Sequence record: DRR378314_108
Length of the DNA: 58,108 nt
Direction: 5' to 3' (one strand)
Shown one piece after another: positions 18,952 to 28,811 of the stretch. The notes under the pieces were generated by a model. It had not been told where the DNA came from and made no database searches. It worked only from the letters and a program-made list of their open reading frames with translations. Made by a program: the position numbers and the translations under genes. Each line of letters starts with the position of its first letter. Within the stretch, counting starts at the first letter, position 1.

Positions 18952-20270
18952 GCTCGACCTTTGTTTTGTCCGCGATGTTTATCTCCCTGCTGTTGCTGTT
19001 ACTCAGCGGGATGCCACTGGCGTTCGTTCTTATCTCCCTGGCGGTGCTTTTTACCGTAACGCTCTGGGGAACAGATGCCCTTGTTCTGTCGGTGTTGCAG
19101 ACATTCGATGTCATGACATCCGATGTGCTCCTCGCAATACCGCTCTACGTGCTCATGGCCAGTATCCTGCAGCGGTCCGGCATCATTGAAGCTTTGTACA
19201 AGGCCATGGAACTGTGGTTTCGACGGCTACCCGGTGGTTTGGCGGTGGGCACCATCGCAATATGCACCGTGATGGCAGCGATGACCGGCATCGTCGGGGC
19301 GGCCGTTGCGGCGATGGGCATTCTGGCACTGCCATCCATGCTCCGCCGAGGCTACGACGAAAAACTCGCATTGGGGACCATTTGTGCCGGTGGCACTCTG
19401 GGCATCCTGATCCCGCCGTCCATCATCACCATTGTTTACGCGGCAACCGCGCAGGTATCGGTGGGCAAGATGTTTGCCGCTGGTATTGTTCCGGGCATGG
19501 TGTTGGCGGGGCTGTACGTTGCCTATGTGGTGATCCGTACCCTGTTAAAGCCGAGTGTGGCGCCACGGCCGGAACACGTGGATGTGTCGGTCCGCGAAAT
19601 GTTTGCGTCCCTCAAGTCGCTGATACTGCCAACGCTGATTGTCTTCAGTGTGCTTGGGAGTATCTATGCGGGTATCGCCACACCAACGGAGGCGGCAGCT
19701 GTAGGCGTTGTGGGCGCTATGGTGTCAGCGGCTTTGCAACGTACCCTCACACCCGCCAACCTGAGTGCCGCCGCCATGGATACGCTGCGGGTGACCACCA
19801 TGATCATGTGGATCACCATCGGCGCCAAGATATTCGTATCGATCTTCACCGGTACCGGCGGAGCAGACTCCCTGCTGACGTTTATCCAGGATCTGGAACT
19901 GAACCGCTGGCTGGTGTTACTCGCCATGATGGGCATCTTGGTGCTGCTAGGACTGTTCCTGGATGAGATCGGCATCATTCTGCTGTGTGTGCCGGTGTTC
20001 CTTCCCATTATCAACGCCTTCGATTTTGACCCGATCTGGTTTGGCGTGCTGTTCCTGATTACCGCGCAGATGGCCTATATCACGCCGCCCTTCGGATACA
20101 CCCTGTTCTACATCAAAGGGGTACTTCCGGCCGGTATTGGAATGGAAACGGTCTATCGGGCCATCGTTCCTTTCCTGCTGCTTCAGATGATAGCGCTGGT
20201 GCTGTTCATGGTATTCCCGGATTTGGTGACTTGGTTGCCTAACCAGCTTTCCCAGCGCCTGGCGTCCTGA
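18948..20270 (+). CDS. dctM: TRAP transporter large permease
   Basis: 'GMPLAF', 'AIPLYVLM', 'GTLGILIPPS', 'GIATPTEAA' and 'ITPPFG'; ATGA overlap with dctQ. Confidence 0.92.
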   Translation: MSSTFVLSAMFISLLLLLLSGMPLAFVLISLAVLFTVTLWGTDALVLSVLQTFDVMTSDVLLAIPLYVLMASILQRSGIIEALYKAMELWFRRLPGGLAVGTIAICTVMAAMTGIVGAAVAAMGILALPSMLRRGYDEKLALGTICAGGTLGILIPPSIITIVYAATAQVSVGKMFAAGIVPGMVLAGLYVAYVVIRTLLKPSVAPRPEHVDVSVREMFASLKSLILPTLIVFSVLGSIYAGIATPTEAAAVGVVGAMVSAALQRTLTPANLSAAAMDTLRVTTMIMWITIGAKIFVSIFTGTGGADSLLTFIQDLELNRWLVLLAMMGILVLLGLFLDEIGIILLCVPVFLPIINAFDFDPIWFGVLFLITAQMAYITPPFGYTLFYIKGVLPAGIGMETVYRAIVPFLLLQMIALVLFMVFPDLVTWLPNQLSQRLAS

Positions 20271-20293
20271 CAAACGTAATGGAGATTCTCTCA

Positions 20294-21565
20294 ATGCACA
20301 CTCAAAACTCCCGTATATCCGGCTTTCACAAGCTGTCGATGTCGGAACGGCTCAACAAGGTCATGGAAGTAACCGGTCTGGGTCGGGATATGGAAGCACA
20401 ACTCTCGAATACCGGAAATCTGGATGCTGCCGTTGTCGACGCCATGATCGAAAACGCCGTCGGCACCATGAACATCCCACTGGGCGTTGCCACCAACATG
20501 ATTGTTGATGGCGAGGATGTTCTTATTCCGATGGCAACCGAGGAATCCTCGGTGGTTGCTGCGGTTTGCAACGCTGCGAGGCAGTGTCGTGACTCCGGCG
20601 GATTTGTTACCTCGTTGTCCGGATCGCTGATGATTGCGCAGGTGCAGCTCATAGAGGTCAGTAATCCCGAATTCGCACGCCTTCAGATTCTTGAGAACAA
20701 AGACAGGATTCGAGAAGTCTGCGACCAGACCGACCCGGTTCTGCTGAAACATGGTGGCGGGTATCGAGACCTGGAAGTCAGGGTACTCGAAGGGGGGCGC
20801 AACGGACCCATGGTCATTACCCATCTGATCGTCGATACCCGCGATGCAATGGGCGCCAATGCCGTCAACTCCATGGCAGAAGCAGTGGCGCCTTTGATCG
20901 CGGAATGGACCGGCGGCAAGACGTATCTCCGGATTCTGTCCAACCTTGCCGATCGCCGCCTCGCCAGGGCCAGGGCCACTTGGTCGTTGGACGCCATTGG
21001 TGGGGAGTCTGTTCGCGAGGGGATTCTGTCGGCTTTTGATTTTGCGGATATTGACCCGTACCGGGCTGCAACGCACAACAAAGGCGTCATGAACGGGGTA
21101 AGTGCCGTTGTGTTGGCCACCGGTAATGATACACGCGCGGTTGAGGCAGGTGCTCACGCCTACGCCGCGCGGACAGGGCACTATCGTTCGCTGACCCGCT
21201 GGGAAGTGGACCAGAACGGAAATCTGACCGGGATGATCGAGATACCGATGGCCGTCGGGCTGATCGGCGGGGCGACCAAATCACATCCGACTGCACGCAT
21301 TGCGCTGGATATCATGAACATCAAAACGGCGGAAAAATTGGCCAGAGTGATCGCGGCGGTCGGGCTCGCACAAAATTTCTCTGCGTTGAAAGCGCTGGCC
21401 ACCACGGGCATCCAGAAAGGACACATGGCGCTTCATGCCAAGAACATTGCCGTGATGGCAGGTGCCAAAGGCTCGGAAATTGACACCGTGGCTAAGGAAC
21501 TGGTTCAGGGGGGCAAGGTACGGGTGGATATTGCTGAGGAGATTCTGCTGCGCATTCGGGGTTAG
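20294..21565 (+). CDS. mvaA: Class II (degradative-type) hydroxymethylglutaryl-CoA reductase
   Basis: 'SRISGFHKLS', 'MIENAVG', 'PMATEESSVVAA', 'DAMGANAVN', 'ATHNKGVMNG', 'GNDTRAVEAG' and catalytic His in 'GIQKGHMALH'. GGAG RBS before ATG 20294. Confidence 0.93.
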   Translation: MHTQNSRISGFHKLSMSERLNKVMEVTGLGRDMEAQLSNTGNLDAAVVDAMIENAVGTMNIPLGVATNMIVDGEDVLIPMATEESSVVAAVCNAARQCRDSGGFVTSLSGSLMIAQVQLIEVSNPEFARLQILENKDRIREVCDQTDPVLLKHGGGYRDLEVRVLEGGRNGPMVITHLIVDTRDAMGANAVNSMAEAVAPLIAEWTGGKTYLRILSNLADRRLARARATWSLDAIGGESVREGILSAFDFADIDPYRAATHNKGVMNGVSAVVLATGNDTRAVEAGAHAYAARTGHYRSLTRWEVDQNGNLTGMIEIPMAVGLIGGATKSHPTARIALDIMNIKTAEKLARVIAAVGLAQNFSALKALATTGIQKGHMALHAKNIAVMAGAKGSEIDTVAKELVQGGKVRVDIAEEILLRIRG

Positions 21566-21570
21566 AAGCG

Positions 21571-22476
21571 CTAACCGGATCCGAGGCTGGTTCGTAGAAA
21601 GTCGATAAACAGCCTGGCGCGGCGCGGCAGGTAGTGGCGGTCTGAGTAAACTGCATAGATGGAGCGTCGGGCAGGTAACGCGTCCAGCTCCAGCTCCCGC
21701 AGTCTGTCATCCGCCAGCTCCTGCCTGATGTAGGCGCGTGGGACCAGTGCGACCCCGAGGCCAGCCACGGCAGCATCAACCAGTACAAGCGAATTGTCAG
21801 CCACCAGGGGCCCGGATACGGCAACGTTCAAGGGGGTGTGACCCTTGCCTGCAGCCCCAGCCGGAACAAACTCCCAGCTTTTGGCATCCGTGCTGAGGCT
21901 GTAGATAAGACACTGGTGCTGCCGGAGATCGGCCACCGTTGACGGAATGCCAGCGGACGCCAGATAGTCAGGGGATGCGACAACAACCCTGTCGAGCGCG
22001 CCCAGTCTGACCGCAATGAGCGAGGAATCCTCGGGTGCCTCGATTCCCCGAATCGCGAGGTCGACCCCGGACCCAATCAGGTCGGTCAACTGATCGCTCA
22101 TCTGCAGGCGAATGGACAGCTCGGGGTGGGCCGCCCGAAAACGAAAAACCAAAGGCGCCATGACTTTCATGGACAGCGAGACCGGGCAGGCAATCACCAG
22201 TTCACCCGAAAGATGGTCTGACTCGGCGACCGAATCCAACAAGTGTTCCGTTTGCTCGATGGTCGACACGCAGTACTCGTAGAATCGCTCGCCTTCGTCG
22301 GTAAAGCTGATCGTGCGGGTATTCCGGTTGATCAGTTTCGAGCCGGTCCATGACTCCAGAAACCGTACGTACTTTGAAATAACCGCATTCGAACATTGGA
22401 ACTCGTCGGCAGCGGCTGTAAAAGAGCCCAGTTCGTAGATTCGCTTGAAATACTCCACACCCTTGAGGCGGTCCAT
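21571..22476 (-). CDS. LysR-family regulator (CrgA/DmlR-like)
   Basis: 'MDRL...GSFTAAA...ISKYV..LE...G.KLINRNTR.ISFTDEG' HTH and substrate-binding domain. Start moved to ATG 22476 (GGAG RBS). Confidence 0.9.
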   Translation of the reverse strand: MDRLKGVEYFKRIYELGSFTAAADEFQCSNAVISKYVRFLESWTGSKLINRNTRTISFTDEGERFYEYCVSTIEQTEHLLDSVAESDHLSGELVIACPVSLSMKVMAPLVFRFRAAHPELSIRLQMSDQLTDLIGSGVDLAIRGIEAPEDSSLIAVRLGALDRVVVASPDYLASAGIPSTVADLRQHQCLIYSLSTDAKSWEFVPAGAAGKGHTPLNVAVSGPLVADNSLVLVDAAVAGLGVALVPRAYIRQELADDRLRELELDALPARRSIYAVYSDRHYLPRRARLFIDFLRTSLGSG

Positions 22477-22566
22477 GCCGGCACTCCACATCAGATCACG
22501 ATCGATGGGAGGATTATACAGGCAAGCGCCGGGGGTGTGGGCCGAATTCAATCGCAGCGGCGGCGT

Positions 22567-23199
22567 TCAGACCGCCTGAATCAGTTGCGACAGGGGCCTG
22601 CGCACCTTCGGCATGGTTGCCATCCGGTCCTCCTTGGTGTCCCTGAAGCCCAGCGCAGCAATAACCACACTGCTCAGGTTTTCTCTGTCCAGGTGCAGGA
22701 CCTGGTCCAGCGCAGAGGGGTTAAAGCCTTCCATCGGCGAGGCGTCAACGCGCTCGACAGCGGCAGCAGCAAGTGTGAAACCAAGAGCTATATAAGCCTG
22801 TTTGGCGGCCCAGGCCTGCTTCTCAGTGGCCGTCTCTAAACCATTGATGGTGCCTTTGATCGCCTCAGCGAAGCCGTTCAGGTCGGAAACGGCAACGCCC
22901 CTTTCCGCAGCGGTGAGCTCCATGTAACGGTCCACTGTTGCTTCTCCCAGGTCTGTTTTGGTCGCAAATACCAACAGATGTGAGCATTCCTTGACCTGCG
23001 GTTGCGGTGCGGCGCCTTCGTAAATGCGTTCAAGCAGCGAGCGGTCGCTGATGACCTTGATGGTGTACGGCTGAAGCCCGTACGAAGACGGCGCTAGCCT
23101 CGTGGCCTCAAGAATTCTGTCCAGAGTGCCTTTGGGCACCGATTCGCCATTCATACGCTTAGTGGCATAACGCCATTCCAGAGATTCCAGAAAATCCAT
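22567..23199 (-). CDS. Nitroreductase-family NAD(P)H-dependent flavin oxidoreductase
   Basis: 'LEWRYATK', 'LAPSSYGLQP', 'DASPMEGF' and 'PKVRRP'. Confidence 0.9.
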   Translation of the reverse strand: MDFLESLEWRYATKRMNGESVPKGTLDRILEATRLAPSSYGLQPYTIKVISDRSLLERIYEGAAPQPQVKECSHLLVFATKTDLGEATVDRYMELTAAERGVAVSDLNGFAEAIKGTINGLETATEKQAWAAKQAYIALGFTLAAAAVERVDASPMEGFNPSALDQVLHLDRENLSSVVIAALGFRDTKEDRMATMPKVRRPLSQLIQAV

Positions 23200-23364
23200 A
23201 ACGTTCTTCCTGTATCGGTTTTGGTGGGTGACTGATGGCCAACATTAAACGATGGGGCCGAGGGATCGATGGGCCATACGGCAAAGGTGTTTTCACGATA
23301 CGTATGGTGATCCAAAGCAGCCTTACCGTGATGATAGGGCTCGCAAATAAACGGAGGAGTCGCC

Positions 23365-24327
23365 ATGACACAACAAACCGGTACCGCTACGCATCATCCC
23401 GATACGGTATCCATTCTGCTATTAGTCGGTGTCGGTGTGTTGATCGCGCTGATGCTGCCACTGTCCAGGGCGGCCATGGATCTCGGCATGACGCCCCTGG
23501 GCTACGCTTTCTGGCAGGCACTGGGCGGAGGTGTCGTGCTGGTTGTCTGTGGTGGTCGAGGTTGGCCGGTACAACTCAACAGGCCGCTTTTCCGGTACTT
23601 TGGCATTAGCGGACTGACCGCCATTGCGGTTCCCAATGCGTTGGCCTTCATCGTTGTCGGGAATATCGGATCTGGTCTGACGGCAACCCTGTATGCACTG
23701 CCATCTCTTGCCACCTATGCGATTGCCGTAACGCTCGGTATAGAGGCGCTGAGCAGAAGAAAGACGATAGGGTTGAGCCTGGGCGTTATCGGATGTGTCT
23801 GGATACTGTCGCCCAATCCGGCGGGGATCGATCCGGACTCGCTGCCCTGGCTGTTATTGGGGTTGCTGGTACCGTTATCGCTCGCCATCGGCAACGTTTA
23901 CCGCACGACCCATTGGCCAGAAGGCGCCAGTCCTGAGCAATTGGCCCCGGGTATGCTGCTGGCGGGTGCCGTGCTGATTTTCCTGGTGATACTGGTGTCT
24001 GGTCGCGTGCATTCACTGTTTGTTGGTGGCGCGAGTCTGTGGACCATCGTCATTGTCCAGTCTGTCCTGACCGCGATCAGCTATCGAGGTTTCTTCCACT
24101 TGCAGAAGCGGACATCGCCAACGTTTCTCAGCCAGTTGGGATTCGTGATTACACCTTCCGGGTTGGTGTTCGGGATTGTGTTTTTTGGTGAGTCTTATGG
24201 CTGGACCGTCTGGGGTGGGGTGGCACTGCTTCTGATGGGTGTTGTCCTTGCAAACGGTGTTGGCCGGCTGGCCGTAAAGCCGCGTGGCGCCATCAATACC
24301 GGGTTGGCTGCACGTAGCCGGGCCTGA
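23365..24327 (+). CDS. DMT/EamA-family transporter
   Basis: About 10 TM helices in two repeats ('LGIE', 'FFGE'); GGAGG RBS. Confidence 0.85.
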   Translation: MTQQTGTATHHPDTVSILLLVGVGVLIALMLPLSRAAMDLGMTPLGYAFWQALGGGVVLVVCGGRGWPVQLNRPLFRYFGISGLTAIAVPNALAFIVVGNIGSGLTATLYALPSLATYAIAVTLGIEALSRRKTIGLSLGVIGCVWILSPNPAGIDPDSLPWLLLGLLVPLSLAIGNVYRTTHWPEGASPEQLAPGMLLAGAVLIFLVILVSGRVHSLFVGGASLWTIVIVQSVLTAISYRGFFHLQKRTSPTFLSQLGFVITPSGLVFGIVFFGESYGWTVWGGVALLLMGVVLANGVGRLAVKPRGAINTGLAARSRA

Positions 24328-25563
24328 TCAGCAGTCCTGTGTCGCGTTAGCTGGCCGGTCCACCTGGGCCTGTTGTGCCGCTGCACCGGACTGTTGACGC
24401 CATGCCAGCAGGAAAAGACCGAGCCCGGCAACTGCGGTTGTTGCGCCGACGTAGCCAGTGGACTGCCAGCCCAGCCCGGCACTGATGGCCATGCCGCCCA
24501 ACCAGGGGCCAAGCGCATTGGCTACGTTGAAGGCTGCGTGGTGGGAGGCGGCAGCCAGTGTTTGTGCGCCGTCAGCCACATCCATCAGGTGAGTTTGCAG
24601 GGCAGGCCCAAGGCCAACCATCAACGCCACGAGGAAGCACATGACCAGCATGGTCCAGATGGTTTCAGTGGCGTAGGGATACAACAGCAGCATGCTGATG
24701 CTCCACAGCAGCATCCACCCTACGCTGCGGAACTGAAGACGATCGAACAGCCACCCTCCAAGGATGTTGCCGACGAATCCGCCAAGCCCGAAGACCGCGA
24801 GCGCGATTGGAATCCAGAAGGGGCTAACGCCGGTGACTTCCAGTAACGTGGGCGCCAGATAGCTGAATACACAGAACATACCGGCAAACCCGATGGAGCC
24901 AATAGCCAGTGGGTACCAGATCTCCGGCCGATTGAAGGCGCGGATCTCCGAGAACGGGCTTTGTCGAACCTCTTTGCGATTAAGAGGCAGAAAAACAACG
25001 ATCATTAATCCGGTGAGGGCGGCGATGACACCCACAAATCCGAAGGCGTATCGCCAGTCCAGGTATTGCCCAAGAATCGTTGCCAACGGGTTTCCGATCA
25101 ATAACGCGAGGGTGAGCCCCATCATCACCAGGCTGACGACTTTGGCGCGTTTATTCACCGGCACGAGTGAGGCTGCAACCAGGGCAGCAACTCCGAAGTA
25201 CGCGCCGTGGGGCAGGCCGGCAATGAATCGGAACACCAGCAGTGAGCCATACCCTGGTGCCAGGGCGCTGGCAATGTTTCCGAGTGCATAGAACGACATC
25301 AACAGAATAAGCAGATGCCGGCGATAGAGCCTGGCACCGCCAATCGCCAGCAGGGGCGCGCCAACGACCACGCCCAGCGCGTAGGCGCTGATCAAGTGCC
25401 CGACTTGTGGCTCAGTAACGCCCAGGTCCAGGGCTACACCGGGCATGAGCCCCATGATTGCAAACTCCCCGGTACCAATCCCGAAACCGCCCATGGCCAG
25501 TGAGAATATGATCAGCGTAATCCTGACGGGGGAGTATGACGATTCCTGAAACTGAGAGGACAT
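24328..25563 (-). CDS. MFS transporter (AraJ/DHA1-like)
   Basis: 'GFGIGTGEFAIMGLMP', 'ISAYALGVVVGAP', 'RFIAGLPHGAYFG' and 'AFNVANALG'; 12 TM helices. Confidence 0.88.
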   Translation of the reverse strand: MSSQFQESSYSPVRITLIIFSLAMGGFGIGTGEFAIMGLMPGVALDLGVTEPQVGHLISAYALGVVVGAPLLAIGGARLYRRHLLILLMSFYALGNIASALAPGYGSLLVFRFIAGLPHGAYFGVAALVAASLVPVNKRAKVVSLVMMGLTLALLIGNPLATILGQYLDWRYAFGFVGVIAALTGLMIVVFLPLNRKEVRQSPFSEIRAFNRPEIWYPLAIGSIGFAGMFCVFSYLAPTLLEVTGVSPFWIPIALAVFGLGGFVGNILGGWLFDRLQFRSVGWMLLWSISMLLLYPYATETIWTMLVMCFLVALMVGLGPALQTHLMDVADGAQTLAAASHHAAFNVANALGPWLGGMAISAGLGWQSTGYVGATTAVAGLGLFLLAWRQQSGAAAQQAQVDRPANATQDC

Positions 25564-25688
25564 GAGGTGGCTGGCCTTGGCTGCACGAGAGTGAGTTTGG
25601 AACAAGGCCAGACATTGTGAGCCATTCCCGAGCCATTCGGAATAGGCGTATGTCCCGATTAATCAACGGGATATTGGCGGGTGGACGG

Positions 25689-26615
25689 TCAGATTAGCCA
25701 GCCGAACAGAAAATCAAACAACGAGCTGAAAAACCCACCGCTGCTTTGTGCGGTTGTATTGGCTTTTGTGGTGGTGTTTTCCGAAGAGCTCGCCACCTGT
25801 GTTGAAGCCACCTCGGGATTGCCGGAAGACATCGGCTCTTCGGACGCTTCATACCGAACATCCGTTGCCGTTTCTTCGGTCGCTTCTGCGGATACATCCA
25901 GTGCGACTACGGGCTCGTCCGGTGTTGAGAGCTCTTCCTGCGCAGAGGGCGCTTCTGCTACTGAGGGCGATTCAACAACGGGCTCTGCAGGGACCGGGGG
26001 CTCGTCAACAGCGGCAATCTCTACCGGAGTTTCGGGTTCCTCGATGTTCGCGGGAGCGGGCTCCGGGGTGCGAGGGGGCTCCTGAGTGGCTGCCGTTATC
26101 GCCGGTGGTTCCTCAACCGGTTCACTCTGTATCGTTTCCACCGGAGCTTCCTCGGCCACTGTGTACGTGGGCTCCGGGTCTTCTGCTATTACCGGCTCGG
26201 GCTCTTTCCGGACTTCCGGTTCGGGCGCTGTTGCGACAGTGCGTTGAGTAGTGGGTGAACTGTAGCGCTGTTCGCTGATGCCAAGTGCCGACATCGCCGC
26301 TTCGCGGTTGGTCAGCGTGTTGCCGGTAACAGTCGCGCTGTCCTTAACGGCGATGCCGAGCGCCGCCAGCGTTTGTGGATCCAGGTTTCCGGTGGTTTGC
26401 AAGCCATCCTGGCTGGATTGATACTCACGGATGGCGGAGCGCAGGGTATTGTCAATCCACCCATCGGCGGTGCCTATGTCATAACCCGCCCCGTACAGGG
26501 CGTTCTCAGCGGAAAAAATGGTTTCCGCAGGACCGGCGTGAGCTACTGCACAAAAGGATACAATCGCAGCCGTCATAAGAGGGCGGTGCATCCTGGTAAA
26601 TCGTGAATGGCTCAT
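25689..26615 (-). CDS. Exported peptidoglycan-binding domain protein with a long acidic Pro/Glu/Ala linker and hydrophobic C-terminal tail
   Basis: Signal peptide (AHA), PG_binding_1-like 'GYDIGTADGWID..LRSAIREYQ...GLQTTGNLDPQTLAALG', and tail 'GGFFSSLFDFLFGWLI'. Confidence 0.75.
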   Translation of the reverse strand: MSHSRFTRMHRPLMTAAIVSFCAVAHAGPAETIFSAENALYGAGYDIGTADGWIDNTLRSAIREYQSSQDGLQTTGNLDPQTLAALGIAVKDSATVTGNTLTNREAAMSALGISEQRYSSPTTQRTVATAPEPEVRKEPEPVIAEDPEPTYTVAEEAPVETIQSEPVEEPPAITAATQEPPRTPEPAPANIEEPETPVEIAAVDEPPVPAEPVVESPSVAEAPSAQEELSTPDEPVVALDVSAEATEETATDVRYEASEEPMSSGNPEVASTQVASSSENTTTKANTTAQSSGGFFSSLFDFLFGWLI

Positions 26616-26732
26616 GGGTGAATCACTCCCTGATACTTTTTGTCATTGGGTGGAGACTGAACGTATCAGTATTTGAACATGTCGCCTATGACGCAGTTAA
26701 CACATGCGGAAATGTTATGACGCTGTAGAACC

Positions 26733-28736
26733 CTACGACGATGTCTTAAAGCGACGAACGAGGCTGTCGAGATCTTCCGCCATTGTCGCCAGGGATTTAC
26801 TTGACTGATTGACGTGCGCGATGTCGCCGGTCAGTGTGTCGATGGCGTTACTGCTGGCTTCGACGTTTTGAGTCATTTCGGAAGCGGTCGCCCGCTGCTG
26901 CTCGGTGGCACTCGCGATCTGCGTCGTCATTTCCACAATTCGATTGACTGCGGCGATGATTTCCGACAAAGCCTCTCCGGACTTGCCGGCCTCTTCACTG
27001 GCTTCGCTGGCCATCTGCTTGGCCTTGCTCATGTCCACCACAGCGCCCGCCGCACCGCTCTGAATGGTGGCCACGATTCGCTCGATATCAACGGTTGAAT
27101 CCTGCACCCGTCTGGCCAAACCACGAACTTCATCGGCAACCACTGAGAAGCCACGGCCCGCCTCGCCGGCACGAGCCGCTTCAATCGCGGCGTTCAGGGC
27201 GAGCAGGTTGGTTTGTTCCGCTATGTTCTGGATAACCTCCAGCACGTTGCCGATTTCACCGGATTCCTGTTCCAGGCGCTGAATCCTTTTGGAGCCTTCT
27301 TCAACTTGCTCTGCCAATCTCGATACGGCTTTAACCGCCGTCGCCACCGTGGCCTGGCCGGTGCCTGCCAGCTCCGCCGCCTGGCGTGCAGACTCATCGG
27401 TATCATTGGTGTTAGAGGCAATTTCGTCGGAGGTAGACACCATCTCTTGCATGGCAGCGGATACCTGAGTTACTTGATCCCGCTGCTGTTCGGCATTGAT
27501 GGTGGTGCTGTTGGTAACACCGGAGAGGGATTCCGACTCGGAGGTCAGTTGCCGGGACGAACGAACGATTCGGGAAATGATGTCTTCAAGCGTTTCCAGG
27601 AACGAGTTGACCGCTGCAATGAAATCGCCAATTTCATCCGGGCGCCCTTTGGTCAGGCGGGTAGATACGTCGCCTTCGTCTCGACCAATACTGTCCAGAT
27701 AGCCGAGAATTTCCGCTCGGGCACGTTTCACGCTGGCGCCCATCATTCGGCTCATCAGCAACGCCACCACAAGACCCAGAACGACCGAACTGACAAAGGC
27801 GGTCAGCGTCAGATTGAGCGCTGTTTCGGTTTCCACTTCGGCTTCATCCGCCACCGTCTCTAGCGACGCGAACACTTTCTGCTCAAGGTCCCGGGCAAGC
27901 GCCGTGATCTGGGGGCCTAGAACATCAAGTTTCTGTTCTTTGGTACCCAGCATTGCCTTCTGTTGGACCAGCAGCGTGTTGACTGAATCCTGGTACTGGT
28001 TCAATGCTTCAATGGCGGTATCAAAATACTGTCTGACATAGTCAGGAACGGTGTCCATGTCGAGAAACTCAAGGCCATCTGAAATGTCTTCCATGGCATA
28101 GCTCAGTGCCGTTTCCGAGGATTCATCGCCATCGGCAAAGTACCGCTGCGCCGCCATCCGCATCAGGAGCGTGTCGTGGATCAACTGCTCGAGAACGATG
28201 CGCAACCGGCTGTCTGGTTCCCGGTTGGTCACGCCATCAATCGCCCTGCGCAGGGCCTGGGATGCCGTTGGCCCATACTCGTCGAGTTCATTGGCAATGA
28301 TGCTCTTCACCTGCTGCTTGGCAGGCACCAGTTCGTCTTTGAAAATGCTCACGTACTGACGCGTGGCCTGTTCAATATCACTTACAAGCGCCTCACGGTC
28401 GGCACTGTTAATCGACTGCCTGGCATCGCCCAGTTCGCTGAAGAAATCCGAGGCGATCTGATCGAACCGGGAGAGGGTTTCCTCATGGCCGGTTGCGTAA
28501 TAGTCGTAAACCCGCAATCTCATGTTGTAGAGATTGATCAAGACGCCGGTTGCCACAGAGGTTTCCGGCGCCAGATCCCGGGCGACAGTATCCAGGCGTT
28601 CGTCCAGTGCCTGGAACTCCCGGATGCTGTAGAAGGTGACAAGGGCAAACAGCAACAGAATGAAAACAGGCGCGACGAGAAGTTTTCCGCTTACGCCAAG
28701 CCGGCGTTCTATTGATTCAAATGCATTCACAGCCAC
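26733..28736 (-). CDS. Methyl-accepting chemotaxis protein with a large helical periplasmic sensor
   Basis: Two TM helices and the signalling hairpin '[34 protein letters not shown]'. Confidence 0.93.
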   Translation of the reverse strand: MAVNAFESIERRLGVSGKLLVAPVFILLLFALVTFYSIREFQALDERLDTVARDLAPETSVATGVLINLYNMRLRVYDYYATGHEETLSRFDQIASDFFSELGDARQSINSADREALVSDIEQATRQYVSIFKDELVPAKQQVKSIIANELDEYGPTASQALRRAIDGVTNREPDSRLRIVLEQLIHDTLLMRMAAQRYFADGDESSETALSYAMEDISDGLEFLDMDTVPDYVRQYFDTAIEALNQYQDSVNTLLVQQKAMLGTKEQKLDVLGPQITALARDLEQKVFASLETVADEAEVETETALNLTLTAFVSSVVLGLVVALLMSRMMGASVKRARAEILGYLDSIGRDEGDVSTRLTKGRPDEIGDFIAAVNSFLETLEDIISRIVRSSRQLTSESESLSGVTNSTTINAEQQRDQVTQVSAAMQEMVSTSDEIASNTNDTDESARQAAELAGTGQATVATAVKAVSRLAEQVEEGSKRIQRLEQESGEIGNVLEVIQNIAEQTNLLALNAAIEAARAGEAGRGFSVVADEVRGLARRVQDSTVDIERIVATIQSGAAGAVVDMSKAKQMASEASEEAGKSGEALSEIIAAVNRIVEMTTQIASATEQQRATASEMTQNVEASSNAIDTLTGDIAHVNQSSKSLATMAEDLDSLVRRFKTSS

Positions 28737-28811
28737 TTTTTTGCCCCTTTAAGCGTTCGCGATCTTTAGGTTAACGACTGAATAACGATTAACTGGAGCC
28801 AATTGTATGAT

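Noticed and set aside
25760-26230. Repetitive-looking DNA in the PG-binding protein gene
   Set aside because: Reflects Glu/Pro/Ala low-complexity coding, not a tandem repeat array or CRISPR.
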